DNA of 64,000 nucleotides from Selaginella moellendorffii (GCF_000143415.4 NW_003314293.1:62001-126000), one strand, 5' to 3'. Positions 11,906-24,452 are shown, numbered from the stretch's first letter. Notes: generated by a model not told the origin, from the letters alone. Made by a program: numbers and translations.

Positions 11906-13652
11906 CTAAGGAGCATAAACACTGGACAAGACCACATACCCGGACTCCCACCCCGGATCCAGCTCAAGAACACGCTCTCCAGCATGCAAGCCCACACGAA
12001 CGGCATCGTCTCGCTCTCGACAAGCCCGGAGCAAGGCCATCCACACCTCCTGATCCGGCTCCAGCGGCATCCTCTCCACGAGCTCCTCTGCATCGCCAAC
12101 TTCACCCGATCGCCCAAACAAATCCACAACGCAGCCGTAGTGCTGGCCTAGCGGCGTCAATCCATAGTCCTGGATCATCGACGCGAAGTACGTGATCGCC
12201 CTGTAGAGCAGCCCCCGGTGGCTACACGCCGATAGAACGGACAGGAAAGTTACCGGGCTTGGAGCAAATCCCGCCTGTTGCATCTCCTCGAAGAGCTCCA
12301 GCGCCTGCGAGACGCGGTTGTGATGAGCGTAGGCCGCGATGATCGACGACCAGGTGATCACGCTCCTCTCCTCCATCGCCTCGAAGATCTCCCGAGCTCG
12401 CCCAAGCATCCCGGACTTTCCATACGAGTTTACCAGCGCCGTGGCCACGTCTACGTCGTGCTCGAAACCAGCGATGGCGGCTTGGAGCTGCTCGAGCTCC
12501 TTCTGTGAAGCTCGCCCGGACGATCCGTCCAGCACCGCTGTGAAGGTGATCCTGCCGGGCTTGACGCCACTCTGGTGCATTCTCGTGATGATCTCCAGCG
12601 AGTCTTTGAGGCTTCCTCGCCGTGCATGAGCTTCAGCTATGGCGGTGTACAGAACCTCATCTATGGATGCCTCTGCCACCTTTTGAAAGACGGCTTTCGC
12701 AGCTTCCAAGTCGCCACACTTGCTATACATGCTGATCAAGCCCGTGGAGATGTCGATCATCGCAGAGCCCAGGCCAGTTTCTTCGATCATCCTGTGAACC
12801 AGCTGGCCGGTTTTAAGCGCTCTCTCGTCCTGGCACGAATCGAGCATGGCGAGGAATGTGATCTTGTCCGGAGTGATCCCTTCCATTTGCATCCGCTGGA
12901 AGAGCCCGAGTGATTCCTCGTAGAGGCCATCTTTCGCGTAGGCCGCCACCATGACGTTATAGACGAACACGTCTGGATCGCGGACCTTGTCGAAAACTTG
13001 CCGGGCTTTCCCGGAGCTCGAAAACTTGGAGTACCTGTGGATGATCGTAGTCGCGACCATTGGATTGGACTCGGCTCCGCCTTGGACGATCTTGTCGTGG
13101 ATGTCTCGCAGATCTTCCAGCCTCGAGCACGAGTTAAGAGCCGTGAGGAATGTGATCTTGTTTGGAGCCACGCCGTTTAGCTGCATGGTTTGGAAGATCC
13201 TGAGAGCTTCCTTGGCCATGCCGCGCTTGGTGTGCTCGGCGATGGTTTCCGTCCACAAAGTCACGTCCGGTTCCACCATTTCTTGCAGTGCTTTGCTCGC
13301 ATCCATCACGCTGCCGCACTTGAGATACATCTTGACGATGTTCTTCCCGAGGAAAGCGTCGAGCTCCAGTCTGTGATGGATGGCTTTCGCGTGGAGCTCT
13401 TGGGCTTCGCGGAGTGCCCGGTGCTCGCCGCAAAAGTATGCCACTCGAGCATACTCGCCAGCGCTAGCGTCCCCATTGAGAGAGCTTACCAAGCTCTTTA
13501 GTTCGTGTCGACTTGGATGGTGGCTTAGATCTTCGCTTGTGAAATGCGACCTTGGAAGAGCTGCGAAGGAAGGAGTGTGTGAAAATTGCGAGAAAAGCTA
13601 ATGAATTGTTCTACTCACCTGGAATAGTTGAGCTGAGAAGATGCTTCTCCAT
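11906..13652 (-). CDS. PLS-class pentatricopeptide repeat protein ending in the E domain (no DYW)
   Basis: Repeating P-L-S motifs (MYLKCGSVMDA, PDVFVYNVMVAAYA, ITFLAML) and E-domain PDQEVWMALLRAC..GYVVLSSVY; probable short first exon with intron at about 13562-13618, start uncertain. Confidence 0.9.
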
Positions 13653-14009
13653 ATCCAGTAGATTGATCGAGCTTGAAGAATCATACTGCGAGGCCGGAGA
13701 GAAAATCTTTCGCAATTCATGGTCTCATTCTTTCTCCACAATGAAAGAACCATCACATAGTCTCATTCCTCTCCACAATGACATATGCATTTGAGGTAAG
13801 AGGTAGATTTGACGAAAACGTAGACCATTTCTCCTGGAAAAAGGAAATCTTTCGTTCCTAGACGAATCAAACAGCAAATCGTACCTCTTTCGAGCACTCG
13901 TAGACGAATTAGAGCTCTTTCGAGCGCGCAACGTTTTGGCGGTGCCCAAAATGTACGCTCTAGAACCCTAAATATTTAGGGTTCTTCGGCGCCAGTTCTC
14001 ACAGCATCT

Positions 14010-14737
14010 AAGAAAGAAAGACTGCAAGAGCTTACCGAAAGAGTTTTCTAGATATGAGCTTGGAGGCAGCCCGCGATGACGTTCGCGGTGGCAACTTCAA
14101 TGAGTGGGAATACCCAGACGCTGGTGACGAGCGCCATCGTCCAGCTTGATGCTACGCCCTTTCGAGCTTGGTACAACCATCACTATGGCGTCGATCTCTC
14201 ACGCAAGAAGAAAGCTGCGTTCTCCAAAAAGGAAGGGGGGTATGGTTTGTGGTTTCTTTGCTCGACGTCTAGTTCTTTTCTTTCTGTCGGGCCTAGTTTG
14301 CTTTTGGCCGATCGCTTATTCTTTTGGAAGTTCTCTTTTTTCTGGCCTTGGATAGTAGCGATCAAAGTTCTTGCTTATTCTTGTTGTTGTCATTCCTTTT
14401 TCTCTTTCGCGCCTGGTTGGATTTGGATGGATTCTCCAGTAGAGTTTGAAGTTCCATTTTCTTTTTTGGTATCTGAGGTTTTGGAGCTGTGCTCAGTGAA
14501 GCAACCGGCGAGGAAGAGAAGCGAAAGAGCAAGCACACGCTGCGAAAGCTTGCCGCACAAGCTGGATCCACACCTCGAGGAGCAAATGCCGAGTGGAAGG
14601 CCACTCGCGTGCATCGCTTGACAGTGCGGACGCACAGGAGGGTAAGCAAGCTCACAAGAAGAGAGTTTAGTCCATAATCTCTTATTTCCTTGTGTTTTCC
14701 ATGAGGAAGATCCAAAAGACAAAAAGGAAGAGCGTGA
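14010..14737 (+). pseudogene. RPS8: 40S ribosomal protein S8 pseudogene (intron-retaining)
   Basis: [44 protein letters not shown] and [15 protein letters not shown] fragments, separated by deletions, frameshifts and a stop. Confidence 0.85.
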
Positions 14738-14825
14738 AATTTAAAATAATTAGTCTCGTCTTAAAGGTACTAACAATATTTAGTATACTTCTGTATATGA
14801 ATACTTACATTTTATGTAAATGCCA

Positions 14826-15353
14826 TCAAACGCATTGTCTAAACAGCTTCACATCAGTGATACCATCAATACCTGAAAGCTCGTCCCTCACAACACGATA
14901 TTCTATCCCAAACGCATTCAGCACAACATCCACATACCCATACCAGCGATCCCGAGAGTAAAGCTCCTCGAGGATGGAGTGGCACATATTTACGACACTG
15001 TCAACCATGTCTTCAAACGAGTGCACTACCTGCGTCGACGGAATCGAGCATATTCCACCCCGATCTTCAGTCCATATCTGGTTCAGCACCCGGATCTCGA
15101 CGCTCACCATGACGTTTCCGGCGAGCGTAGCAACCCACGAAAACCTATTGCCGGCTCTCACCTCGCGGCGAGGACCCAGGCCCCGTACGTGTTGTATCAC
15201 TTGGGCCACAAGGTCTCTCACCTCACGTACGGTGAGCCTGTTGTAGTTCAGCAAGAACCTGAAGAGCCCATGCTGGGTTGGAGGTGCCTCGCAAGTGTTG
15301 GCCATTGCCAAGAGGAAGATCATCCACAAGAGCAAACTCAAGAGCTTTGTCAT
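14826..15353 (-). CDS. Intronless secreted protein of unknown function (175 aa), paralog 1
   Basis: Signal-peptide-like MTKLLSLLLWMIFLLAMANTCEA; colinear with the 16305-16835 paralog, both frames intact. Confidence 0.8.
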   Translation of the reverse strand: MTKLLSLLLWMIFLLAMANTCEAPPTQHGLFRFLLNYNRLTVREVRDLVAQVIQHVRGLGPRREVRAGNRFSWVATLAGNVMVSVEIRVLNQIWTEDRGGICSIPSTQVVHSFEDMVDSVVNMCHSILEELYSRDRWYGYVDVVLNAFGIEYRVVRDELSGIDGITDVKLFRQCV

Positions 15354-15984
15354 CACAATCTTAAAATGTCCAAATATGAAATGCCAGAATATGAGGATGA
15401 AAATTGTAAGAAATGGTTGTATCAATTATACATATGAGGTTTTTGTTTTTTTTTCTCTTGTTTGTTGAAATTATTCAGATTCTCCTATGCTGTTTTGCTA
15501 CCTGCCAGCTTCGATCTGTCCTAGGCAATAAAATTATCCAGATGTTGGGCTGAGGTGACACAATCTTGATCCACCCTATACATATTTCCTGTATTTCAAT
15601 AAAATTATTCTACGTATCAATGTTGATACGTAGCAATAAGCTAATATCAATATTCCAGTCTAGAACAGATAAAAAGATGGCGATAAAAAGACAAATAAAT
15701 TTAAAACCATAGAAATAAACATTCAAAAAGAATACCATCCTCTAATCCCACAGTATTCTCTGGTTGAAGTAAACCACCATGGATTTCTGAACGCCTCGTG
15801 GCTCTTGTGGAGCCGGCAAGAAGGCTTTTTATTTGTCAGGTGTCCATCTTTGTATACAGGGCCTCTTCATCCTGGATAGAGAGTGCTATATGTTTGATTT
15901 CCAAACAAGATGAGTTTATTTATGATCCAAATTTCTCTTTTTCGAACATAGGATCTTCTTATAAGGAGAAATTCAACAAAAAAA

Positions 15985-16069
15985 TGGGATGAGAGAGGCT
16001 CGAACTCTCGACCTCAGGATTGCTTAGCAGCTATGAGACCTACGCGCTGACCAACTGCGCCACCATCCC
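15985..16069 (-). tRNA. trnM-CAU: tRNA-Met (elongator, CAT) with ~10-11 nt intron
   Basis: GGGATGGTGGCGCAGTTGGTCAGCGCGTAGGTCTCATA-intron-ATCCTGAGGTCGAGAGTTCGAGCCTCTCTCATCCCA followed by a T7 Pol III terminator. Confidence 0.95.
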
Positions 16070-16304
16070 TTACATTATTTTAATCTATAAGATCATAATT
16101 CTTTCCAGTGTAGCTTTTCCACAAAGTCTGAAGAGCTCTTTAGCAATTGCTGGGAAAGCAAGAATTGGCTACGTTCGCTTTGAATTTGAGAAATTTTCTT
16201 TCACTGCCCATAATGTACTTAAAAACAATTGTTTAAAAGCGTTTGAATTTAAAGTAATTGTTAGCACCCAAAAACATGTAACACACACACACATATATAT
16301 ACAT

Positions 16305-16835
16305 CTAGCCCATCGTATTGCAGTCTCTGAAAAGCTTCACGTCTCCATTAATATTGAAAAGCTCATCCCTTTGAACTTGATATTCTATCCCAAACGCATT
16401 CAGCACAACATCCACATACCCGTACCAGCGATCCTGATTGTAGAGCTCCTCCAGGATGGAGTGGCACATATTTATGACATTATCAACCATGTCTCCAAAC
16501 TGGTACACCACCCGTGTCGAGGGAATGGAACATATCCCATCCCGATCTTCTCGCCATATCTCGTTCATCACCCGGAGCTGCACGCTCACCACCACGTTTC
16601 CAGCAAGCGTAGTAACCCACGAAAATGTGTCGCCCACTCTCACCTCGTGGAGAGGCCCCAGGCCTCGTACATATTGGATCACTTGCCCCACAAGTTCTCT
16701 TACCTGAGCTACAGTGAGCCTGTTGTTGTTGAGCAGGAACCTGAAGAGGCCCTGCTGGGGTGGAGGTGCGTTGCAAGTGTGAGCCATTGCCAAAAGGAAG
16801 ATCATCCACAGGAGAAAACGAAAGAGCTGTGTCAT
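16305..16835 (-). CDS. Intronless secreted protein of unknown function (176 aa), paralog 2
   Basis: Signal-peptide-like MTQLFRFLLWMIFLLAMAHTCNA; conserved GICSIPST, NMCHSILEELY and DRWYGYVDVVLNAFGIEY. Confidence 0.8.
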   Translation of the reverse strand: MTQLFRFLLWMIFLLAMAHTCNAPPPQQGLFRFLLNNNRLTVAQVRELVGQVIQYVRGLGPLHEVRVGDTFSWVTTLAGNVVVSVQLRVMNEIWREDRDGICSIPSTRVVYQFGDMVDNVINMCHSILEELYNQDRWYGYVDVVLNAFGIEYQVQRDELFNINGDVKLFRDCNTMG

Positions 16836-17032
16836 GACAGTCCAAATATCAAAGACGCGATATAATACGAGAATGAGAGAAATGTCTATCTCAATTTATA
16901 ATTTGAGATTTTTGTTTTTTTCTTTCTTTGTTTTGCTGAAATAATTTAGATTCTTTTCTAGGATAGTTTCTTTAAATATATATTTATATGAAATTATCCA
17001 GATAACAAAAATATTAACAACTCTTTTGTTAA

Positions 17033-17113
17033 GTTGAGATGGCCGAGTTGGTCTAAGGCGCCAGATTAAGGTTCTGGTCCGCAAGGGCGTGGGTTCGAAT
17101 CCCACTCTCAACA
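17033..17113 (+). tRNA. trnL-AAG: tRNA-Leu (AAG)
   Basis: GTTGAGATGGCCGAGTTGGTCTAAGGCGCCAGATTAAGGTTCTGGTCCGCAAGGGCGTGGGTTCGAATCCCACTCTCAACA; long variable arm. Confidence 0.96.
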
Positions 17114-17247
17114 CATTTCTTGCTCCAGTTTATCACCAATCTTTATATATTGCTCCAAGGCTACTCTTTATCTTCAAATCTTGATCACAAATCTTTATAT
17201 CTTGCTCCAGTTTATCACTAAACAGTTTCCGAAAGAATATTGGGTAC

Positions 17248-20200
17248 CTATACTCCAAGGTCGGACAGGAGTTGCTTCACGCAAGGCCTTACTCCTCCGC
17301 TTGGTGCCGTGATCAGCGAGTCCTGACCCAGGCAATCGCGAAGGATATCTGCTGGTTCTTTGGCACCACCGTGCTGAAGAATTCCCCGCCTTAGAGTTTG
17401 CCCTGTCTCCAGGCTTAGAGGGTTCTCAGCGCAAACTTTTTGCCAGATGCTAGCTGCGATGCACCGTGCATACAAGTAGCTGTAGTATCCTGGAACACAA
17501 GCACCCCTGTCAGGAGCAAATCTGGGAAGCAAAGCACGGCTTACCAGCGCCATAAGTTATCATGTGTCCAAATTTCGATTGCCAGTGCGTGCCTTCGATG
17601 TGCTTCCAGTTTTTGCTGAGCTCTTGCATCTCCACGAGCACTCCAGTAGTGCCGCCAGCAGGTAAAGGTTGCGGTCCGAAAAACTTTTGGTCCACCATGG
17701 CATACAAGACCTGGATGGATTTTAAATGAGTCGTGTCGAGTCTACTGCAATCCATACCTGTCTCAGTAACTCCGTGACACCAAGCATCTTTTTCGCTTGG
17801 TTCATTGATACCACCATCTTCTCTGGAATCGTTTCGCCAGATGAGTTTTGTGCGAAGGTTTTCAACACTTGATAGTCCCAAGCAAAGCATCTGGAAAATG
17901 AAAATAAGTAACTAGAACATGAAGTTTTAAACCTTTAAACTTACTCGAATACGTTTGAAGGTGTTTCCGCAAAGTCAATAACTGTTCTCGTCCCAGAAAA
18001 ATGTTGATACTCCTGAGATAATTGAAGGTTGAGAAAACAGAAAAAAAGGCAGCATTTTTTTCGTACCGTTCGTGATAAAAGCGAATGAAGAGCATGGCCG
18101 AACTCGTGAAAAAGGTTTTCCACCTCCCAATGATGTAGTAACGCGGACATTGACGACAGAGGCTTAGAAAAATTACAGACCAATGCGACCACCTGAAGAC
18201 ATAGAAACTTAGCAGTGAAGAAGTATTAGGAAGAAAAGTGATCGTACTGGCAATTGGTATTCAGTCTCGGATGTTCTACGCCCGCCTTTGAGAGTAAAGT
18301 GAGCGCAATTTGGGTATTTTTCTTTCCGCGAATACAAGTCCAGAAACATATGGCCTAAACAACCCTGAAGAAAATTGTTTTGATCAAGGTGCCATGAAGC
18401 AAACGGAAGGTTTTTACCTCGGTGCTATGCCGAAGTTCCCACTTTTGAACGTCAGAATGCCATACTTCTCCAGGTGCCACGGGAACTTGTTCAAAAGACG
18501 CATCGAACAGGGATTTTACAATCACTTTAAGACCATTCATGCATCGCTCAAGTGGAAAATACGAGGAGATTACCTGGAACAAAATAGCTCAGACGCATTC
18601 TTAAGCATGAGCTTTAATTTTACCTTGGAGTCTAAATTTTGAGCACGAGCTTTGTACATACCAGTGTAATATGCTTCATCCCAAGGCTCGATTGAGCTGC
18701 TACGTGCAAAACTCTCGAGCATTTTCAACTCCTGCACAGCCTCCAAGATTTAGCCAAAGTGCTGAAGCATTTGCCAAGAACGGAACCTCGTTTGCTTTAG
18801 ATTGCGTTTGCGATAAAAGATCGTGCAGGAAAGATTGGACAACTTCGGAAGATCCTGCCATAGTTGGAGCAGTTGCAAATTCAGCATATGAATTGAATCC
18901 TATAAGCTGGAAAAAGAGACATCAGCTGGAGTAAGAAGCTGATGAGCATACCTGTGCAAGTTCATGCCTGGATTCAATTAGCTTATCCAGGACCAAAAGG
19001 TTGTTCTTCGCAGTACTGTGACTGCAAATATAGACTTCTTTCCTGATCTGTAAGTAGCATGCCTTGATCAGTGATGCACTATTTTCAAAGAGAGCTCACC
19101 TCAGCATCTGGTACCCACTTGAGCACACTCGAAACAACTCCAGCATCGGTGCTTATGCGTAGCCCAGTGTCTTCGCTCTTACTTTTCCAGCTTTTCGAAT
19201 GGCTGCGTATCGGTTGCATTAAGTGGTGCAAACTTTCCGGTACTTTTGATGCTGGGAAAACATCGACATGGCCCTGAGATAGCTGCATATTTTCTGTAAA
19301 CCTGTTCGTTACACGTCAAGTGCCAGTTTACAAGAAAATGCAAGCTTACTCTCTTCCTAGTCGCGTAATCTCAAGGTTCAACTCATTCACACGCTCCATC
19401 TTTTCTGAAATTTATGAGCCTAATGTCTGTTTAAAACAAGTTCTTGAGCTTACCAGGAGGTAGATGGATTCCACCCCTTTCAAAATCAATTCTTAAGGTT
19501 TTTGCAGCTCTCTTGGCTTCTTCCGTAGTCAAAGCATCCGAGCTCTCAACATGAACGACGGCGTCATAGAGAGATTTGTGAGTGTTAAGGTACTGCAAAA
19601 CATCTATGAGTAACTCTGGTCCGTCTTTGAGAAGCAACTTACATGCAAATATTTGTACAATTTCAACGATGCGGCATTCGCTTCGTCCACATACTCCCTG
19701 CTCGTGGAAACGAGGAAGATGAGCACGAGATTGAAACCATTTCAAGGGCGCAGCACCTTACTTGTCAGGATGAGTGTTTCTACAGAGCTCCGCAGCATCA
19801 ACAACCATGCACACCTGATCCAAAACAAAAAAAGCAGAAGGAACTTTTGAAAAACTAAACCAGAAAGCAATGCCAGGAACTTACAGTGTTGGAGATGTCA
19901 TCCATACACTTGATGGTCTCCATGGACGGCGGAAGCTCTTTGACACGCGCAATGAGATCCTCAGACCTGTTACAAAAGAAAAAAAAACCTCCATTTTAGC
20001 AAAAACCCCAGAAACAATCGCTGAAAACTCACTTCGCAATCGCTGTTTCAGCAAATGCACGAAATCCCTTGGCAGTTTTCAAAGCTTCATATCCATACAA
20101 TCCCACCGGATTCTTTCTCAGGAGCTCGTGAGCATCCCTTCCATCGTCGGGCGATACCACGCATTCCAATTCAGCCACAGACGAGGAGCAAGGATCCTGC

Positions 20201-20289
20201 CGCTGCTTCGATCCATGGCCGGCAATGTAGCGCCTGGATTGCGACCACAAGCGCGAGGAATTCCGCCTCGCAGCTCCCCAGCGCATCAT
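17248..20289 (-). CDS. OCT1: Mitochondrial intermediate peptidase (M3A family), multi-exon
   Basis: HHWEVENLFHEFGHALHSLLSRT, YQHFSGTR..DFAETPS, FGHMITYGAGYYSYLYA, LRIDFERGGIHL; Arg-rich transit peptide; many short GT-AG introns. Confidence 0.93.
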
Positions 20290-20361
20290 CACCGCCCGCT
20301 TCCAGCCCTAAAACCCTAAATACCAAGTATAATCAAAATTAAATCCAACTCCCATAGTCAT

Positions 20362-22818
20362 TCACATAGTCAAGCTTGCATAAATATCACTCATGAGTAT
20401 GTAATCAGCTGAGTCTTTGCCACCAGCAGCCACTAGTGCATCAAATGCAATCCTTGCAATTCTGAGGTTTCTCCATTTTTTGCAAGAACCCAGCAAAGTC
20501 CTCCAGATCACAGCATCAGCTCCAGTTCCTGGAATGCTCTGGACAAGAGCCAGTGCTTCCTCTAGCATGTTGGATCTGCCCAGCAAATCAACCATACAAT
20601 TGTAGTGACTCCCATCCAAGCTCTCAATCCCACACTCTTGGGCCATGAATTCAAAGTACAGGTTCCCTTCCCTCACCAGGCCCATATGACTACAAGCCAT
20701 CAAAATGCAGGTGAGTGTGATGCCATTCATCTGAACACCACCATCTCTAATCTGCTCTGCAAGAGCAAACACCTGTGAGTAATTTCCATTTGAGCTGTAC
20801 CCTGCTATCAAGGTGTTCCATGATATTATGTCTGGGGAGCTCATGCTGTTGAAGATCTCCTCAGCCCTTCTCATGCTACCACATTTCATGTAGAAATCCA
20901 CAAGTGCAGTTGCAACCACTTGATCTTGCTCTAAACCAGCTCTGCAAATTCTGATGTGGATTTGTTGCCCAGCTGATAGTGTGGCTAAGGATTCACAGCC
21001 CTTGAGTGCAGTAACATAGGTGAATGTGTCTGGTTCACAGTCCATTCTAGCAAATACATCCAAAGCTAGCAAGCTTTCCCCATTCTCTGTGTAAGCAAGT
21101 ATCAAGGAAGTCCATGTTACAACATCTGGATGGGGCATCTTATCAAATATTTCTCTGGCATTTGCCATGCTCCCACATTTGCTATACATGTCTACCAAGG
21201 TGGTGGAGATGGATTTATCAGATTCCAAACCACTTGCTTGGACTTTTCTGTGGATCAAAATACCCTTTTCAAGGCAAAACTGCTTCTGTGATTTTTTCTC
21301 ACTTGCCAGATTCCCGCATGCTTTGAGTGCACTGATATATGTCACAGAGCTTGGGTCACAACCAAGATCAAAGAAAAGCTCAATGGCTCTTGCGCTTTCA
21401 GCATTCTCGGCATATCCCAGGATCAGAGAATTGCATGCAACCACGTCTCGATCGATCGTTTTATCAAAAACGTTTTTCGCGTTTTCTAAGCTGCCACACT
21501 TGCAATACATGTCTATCAACATGTTTGCCACAACCACATTGGATTCTAAGCCCCGGGCTCTGATTGTTTTATGAATTGCAAGTCCCTTTTCAAGGTAAAA
21601 CTTCTTTGATTTTGAATCTTTGGCCAAAAGCCCGCATGCCTTAAGCACAGCCACAAAGGTGACATAGCTGGGCTCACAATCCATGTAGTTAACGTATAGA
21701 TTTAATGCTACAAAACTCTCCCCATTCTCAACATATCCCCAGATGAGAGAGTTCCAAGTCACAACATTTCTATGCTTCATTGTATCAAAAACTTTCCTAG
21801 CAAGAAACATGGCTCCACACTTGCTATACATGTCTATCAAAGCGCTAGCCACAACTATATCACCCCCAAATCCAAGTTTGCTTGCTTGTTTGTGGATCAA
21901 AATCCCCCTCCCGAGACAAACTTCCTTTTGGTACTCACTCTCACAAGCCAAACTCTTGCATGCCGTGAGCGCTCCAACAAAGCTCACAGAGCTGGGATCA
22001 CAGTCCATGCTCGCAAAGAGTTCCAAAGAATGCAAGCTTTGCCCGTTCGCGGCATATCCAAGAATGAGCGAGTTCCAGGAAATATGATCTCGTCGGCTAA
22101 TCTTATCAAAAACATCTTGAGCAAGTTTCATGTTTCCACACTTGCCATACATGTCCACTAAAGTATTTGCCACAACTACATTAGATTCCAGCCTTTTAGC
22201 TTTTACTTTCTTATGGATCTCGATTCCCCTCTCTAGGAAAAACGTCTTGTCTTTGGATTCTTGAGCCAAGCAACCCAAGGCCTTGAGCACAGCCACGAAA
22301 GTGAAAGAATCTGGCTCGCAATCCATCTCATTGAAGAGATTCAAAGCTCTCGAGCTCTCTCCATTCTCGACGTATCCCAGGATGAGCGACGTCCATGCAA
22401 CAACATCCCGGTGGATCATCCCATCAAAAACTTCTTGCGCCAGGATCATACTCGAGAAAATTCCGTACATTTTGATGAGTGCCGCGGCTATGTACTTGTT
22501 GGTGTGAAATCCCGCAGCAAATGCCTCTTGGTGGATAAACTTCCCATTTGCCAAGTCCCGGCATTTTCTGAGAGACGCGACAATCTCCAAAGCAGTCTTT
22601 AGCTTGATGTGTGTTCTAGCTCGCTTTGGATTTGCAGCTTCCAAGTTTGTGGTACTCCGCGAAAATTCTGGATTTGCAACTTTTAAGTTTGTGATGCTCC
22701 GTGAAAATTTTGGATTTGCAACTTCCAAGTTAGTGATGCTCCTTGGAGTAGCCTAGAAAAATCACGTTAGAACATAATCTCTTCCTCCAAATTGTCTTAC
22801 TCTAGATTCGAGGAGCAT
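20362..22818 (-). CDS. PLS-class PPR protein ending in the E domain, with N-terminal 14-aa repeats
   Basis: 788-aa ORF of P-L-S triplets (DMYSKCG, DVVTWTSLILAY); probable micro-exon MLLESR at 22801-22818 and intron at about 22753-22800. Confidence 0.92.
22625..22745. repeat. 42-bp tandem repeat (~3 copies) coding RSITNLEVANPKFS
   Basis: TGGATTTGCA recurs at 42-bp spacing. Confidence 0.85.
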
Positions 22819-22950
22819 ACTTTTAACTTTGAATTATTTACTCCTTAGGGCTTTTCTAGGGTTTATGGAATAGTTTTAACTTTGAATTTACCCGCGAACT
22901 CCTTAGGGCTTCCCTAGGGTTTATGAGACAGGTCATCGTCCAAGATCGCA

Positions 22951-24293
22951 ATGGCGGCCGTGGCCGCGGCCTCAGCACACCAAATCCCTTGCTGCCGTGA
23001 GGATCGCTGCCACGGTCGCTCTTGAGGATGACAAGCTGCGAGAGGAATGCGGCGTTCTTGGGATGCTCCAGGCGTGGGGAGAGGGCGAGGGCAGCGCCTC
23101 CATTGCCGATCTCTCCTACCAGGCATTGAGCAGGCTCCAGCACCGGGGATTGGAGGGCGCGGGGATTGTGACTTGAGACGAGCAGGGATTCTTTCACGAG
23201 GTGAAAGGATTGGGGCTAGCTCACAATGGAAACATCGTCAACTATGAGGAGCTGAGATCCAAGCTAGAAGCCAAAGGCTGTGAGTTCCACAGCTCCTCGG
23301 AAGTGATCCTCCACCTGGTGAAAACTTGCGAGGAGGCGCCGCTGCTGGGAAAGATCTGCTTGGTTTGCGAGCAGCTGGATCGGAGCTTTCAGCTTGATCT
23401 TCATGACTTCGGAGATGGTGGTGGCGGTGAGGGATCCTCGCGGCTTTCGGTCGCTGGTGATGGGATTCCGCGAGGATGGCACGGTGGTTTTCGCGTCGGA
23501 GACTTGCGCCTTCAATCTTATCCATGCCAGGTACGAGAGGGAAGTCGAGCCGGGGGAAGTTTTGGTGGCGACCAAGTCGGAAAATGGCCGCGGCAGCGTG
23601 AACGTAGAACGTTTCCACGAGCTCGAGAAGGCCGAGTCTCTGAAGCTATGCTTGTTCGAGCTCTTCTACTTGTCCCGGCCGGAGTCCTTCGTCTTTGGAC
23701 ACTCGGTCTACCTCACCAGATACAGGCTTGGCGAGCTTCTAGCCGAGGATTTCCCAGTGGACTGTGACTTCGCCATGGCGGTGCCAGATTCCGGGATGGT
23801 GTCGCTGCTTGGCTACGCGAGCAAGCTCGGGATTTCAATCCAGCAGGCGCTCATCCGGTCGCACGACTCGTTCATCCAGCCGCGAGAAGTCCACCGGAAG
23901 CGCAAGGTTTTGATGAAGCTGGCTCCGGTTCCGGAGATCCTGGAAGGCAAGAAGGTGGTCGTGGTGGACGACTCCATCGTTCGCGGGACAACTTCCAGGA
24001 TCATCGTCGAGATCTTGCGGTCGGCTGGAGCGAGAGAAGTTCACTTGAGGATCCCGAGTCCTCCGGTGATCGACAGCTGCTACTACGGAGTTGACACTCC
24101 CACCAAGGAGGAGCTGCTGCTGTTTAAGATGTCGCAAGCCGAGGCTTGCGATTACATTGGAGCCGACTCGCTCGAGTTCTTGTCGCTGGAGAGGATCAAA
24201 GCAAAGATAGGGAATGGCCGCCATTTTTGCGATGCGTGCTTCACTGGGTGTCACATTGGGTGCTCCAAAAGAGCTGTGGAATTGGCAGTTTGA
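22951..24293 (+). pseudogene. ASE: Amidophosphoribosyltransferase (PurF/ASE) pseudogene, intronless
   Basis: DKLREECGV, LQHRG.EGAGI, AHNGNIVN, RDPRGFR, VFASET, VVVVDDSIVRGTT, YYGVDTP and FCDACF present; in-frame TGA at 23174, large deletion between KGLGL and AHNG, frameshift at ~23378, YVGRT deleted. Confidence 0.88.
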
Positions 24294-24452
24294 TCTTGGG
24301 GGGAGAGAGAGAGAGAGAGAGAGCAAGTAAAGGAACTTGTTTCCCGCCATTTTGTTTTGTTCTAGGTCTAGGGCTTTTGTTTTGGCGCCGGGAGGTAAGG
24401 GATGAATCGCGCTCTCCATGGATGAGCAATCGGCGCGTGCTTTGATCCAGGC

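Noticed and set aside
16020-16865. 281-aa + strand ORF
   Set aside because: Antisense shadow of the secreted-protein gene that also overlaps tRNA-Met; no recognisable features
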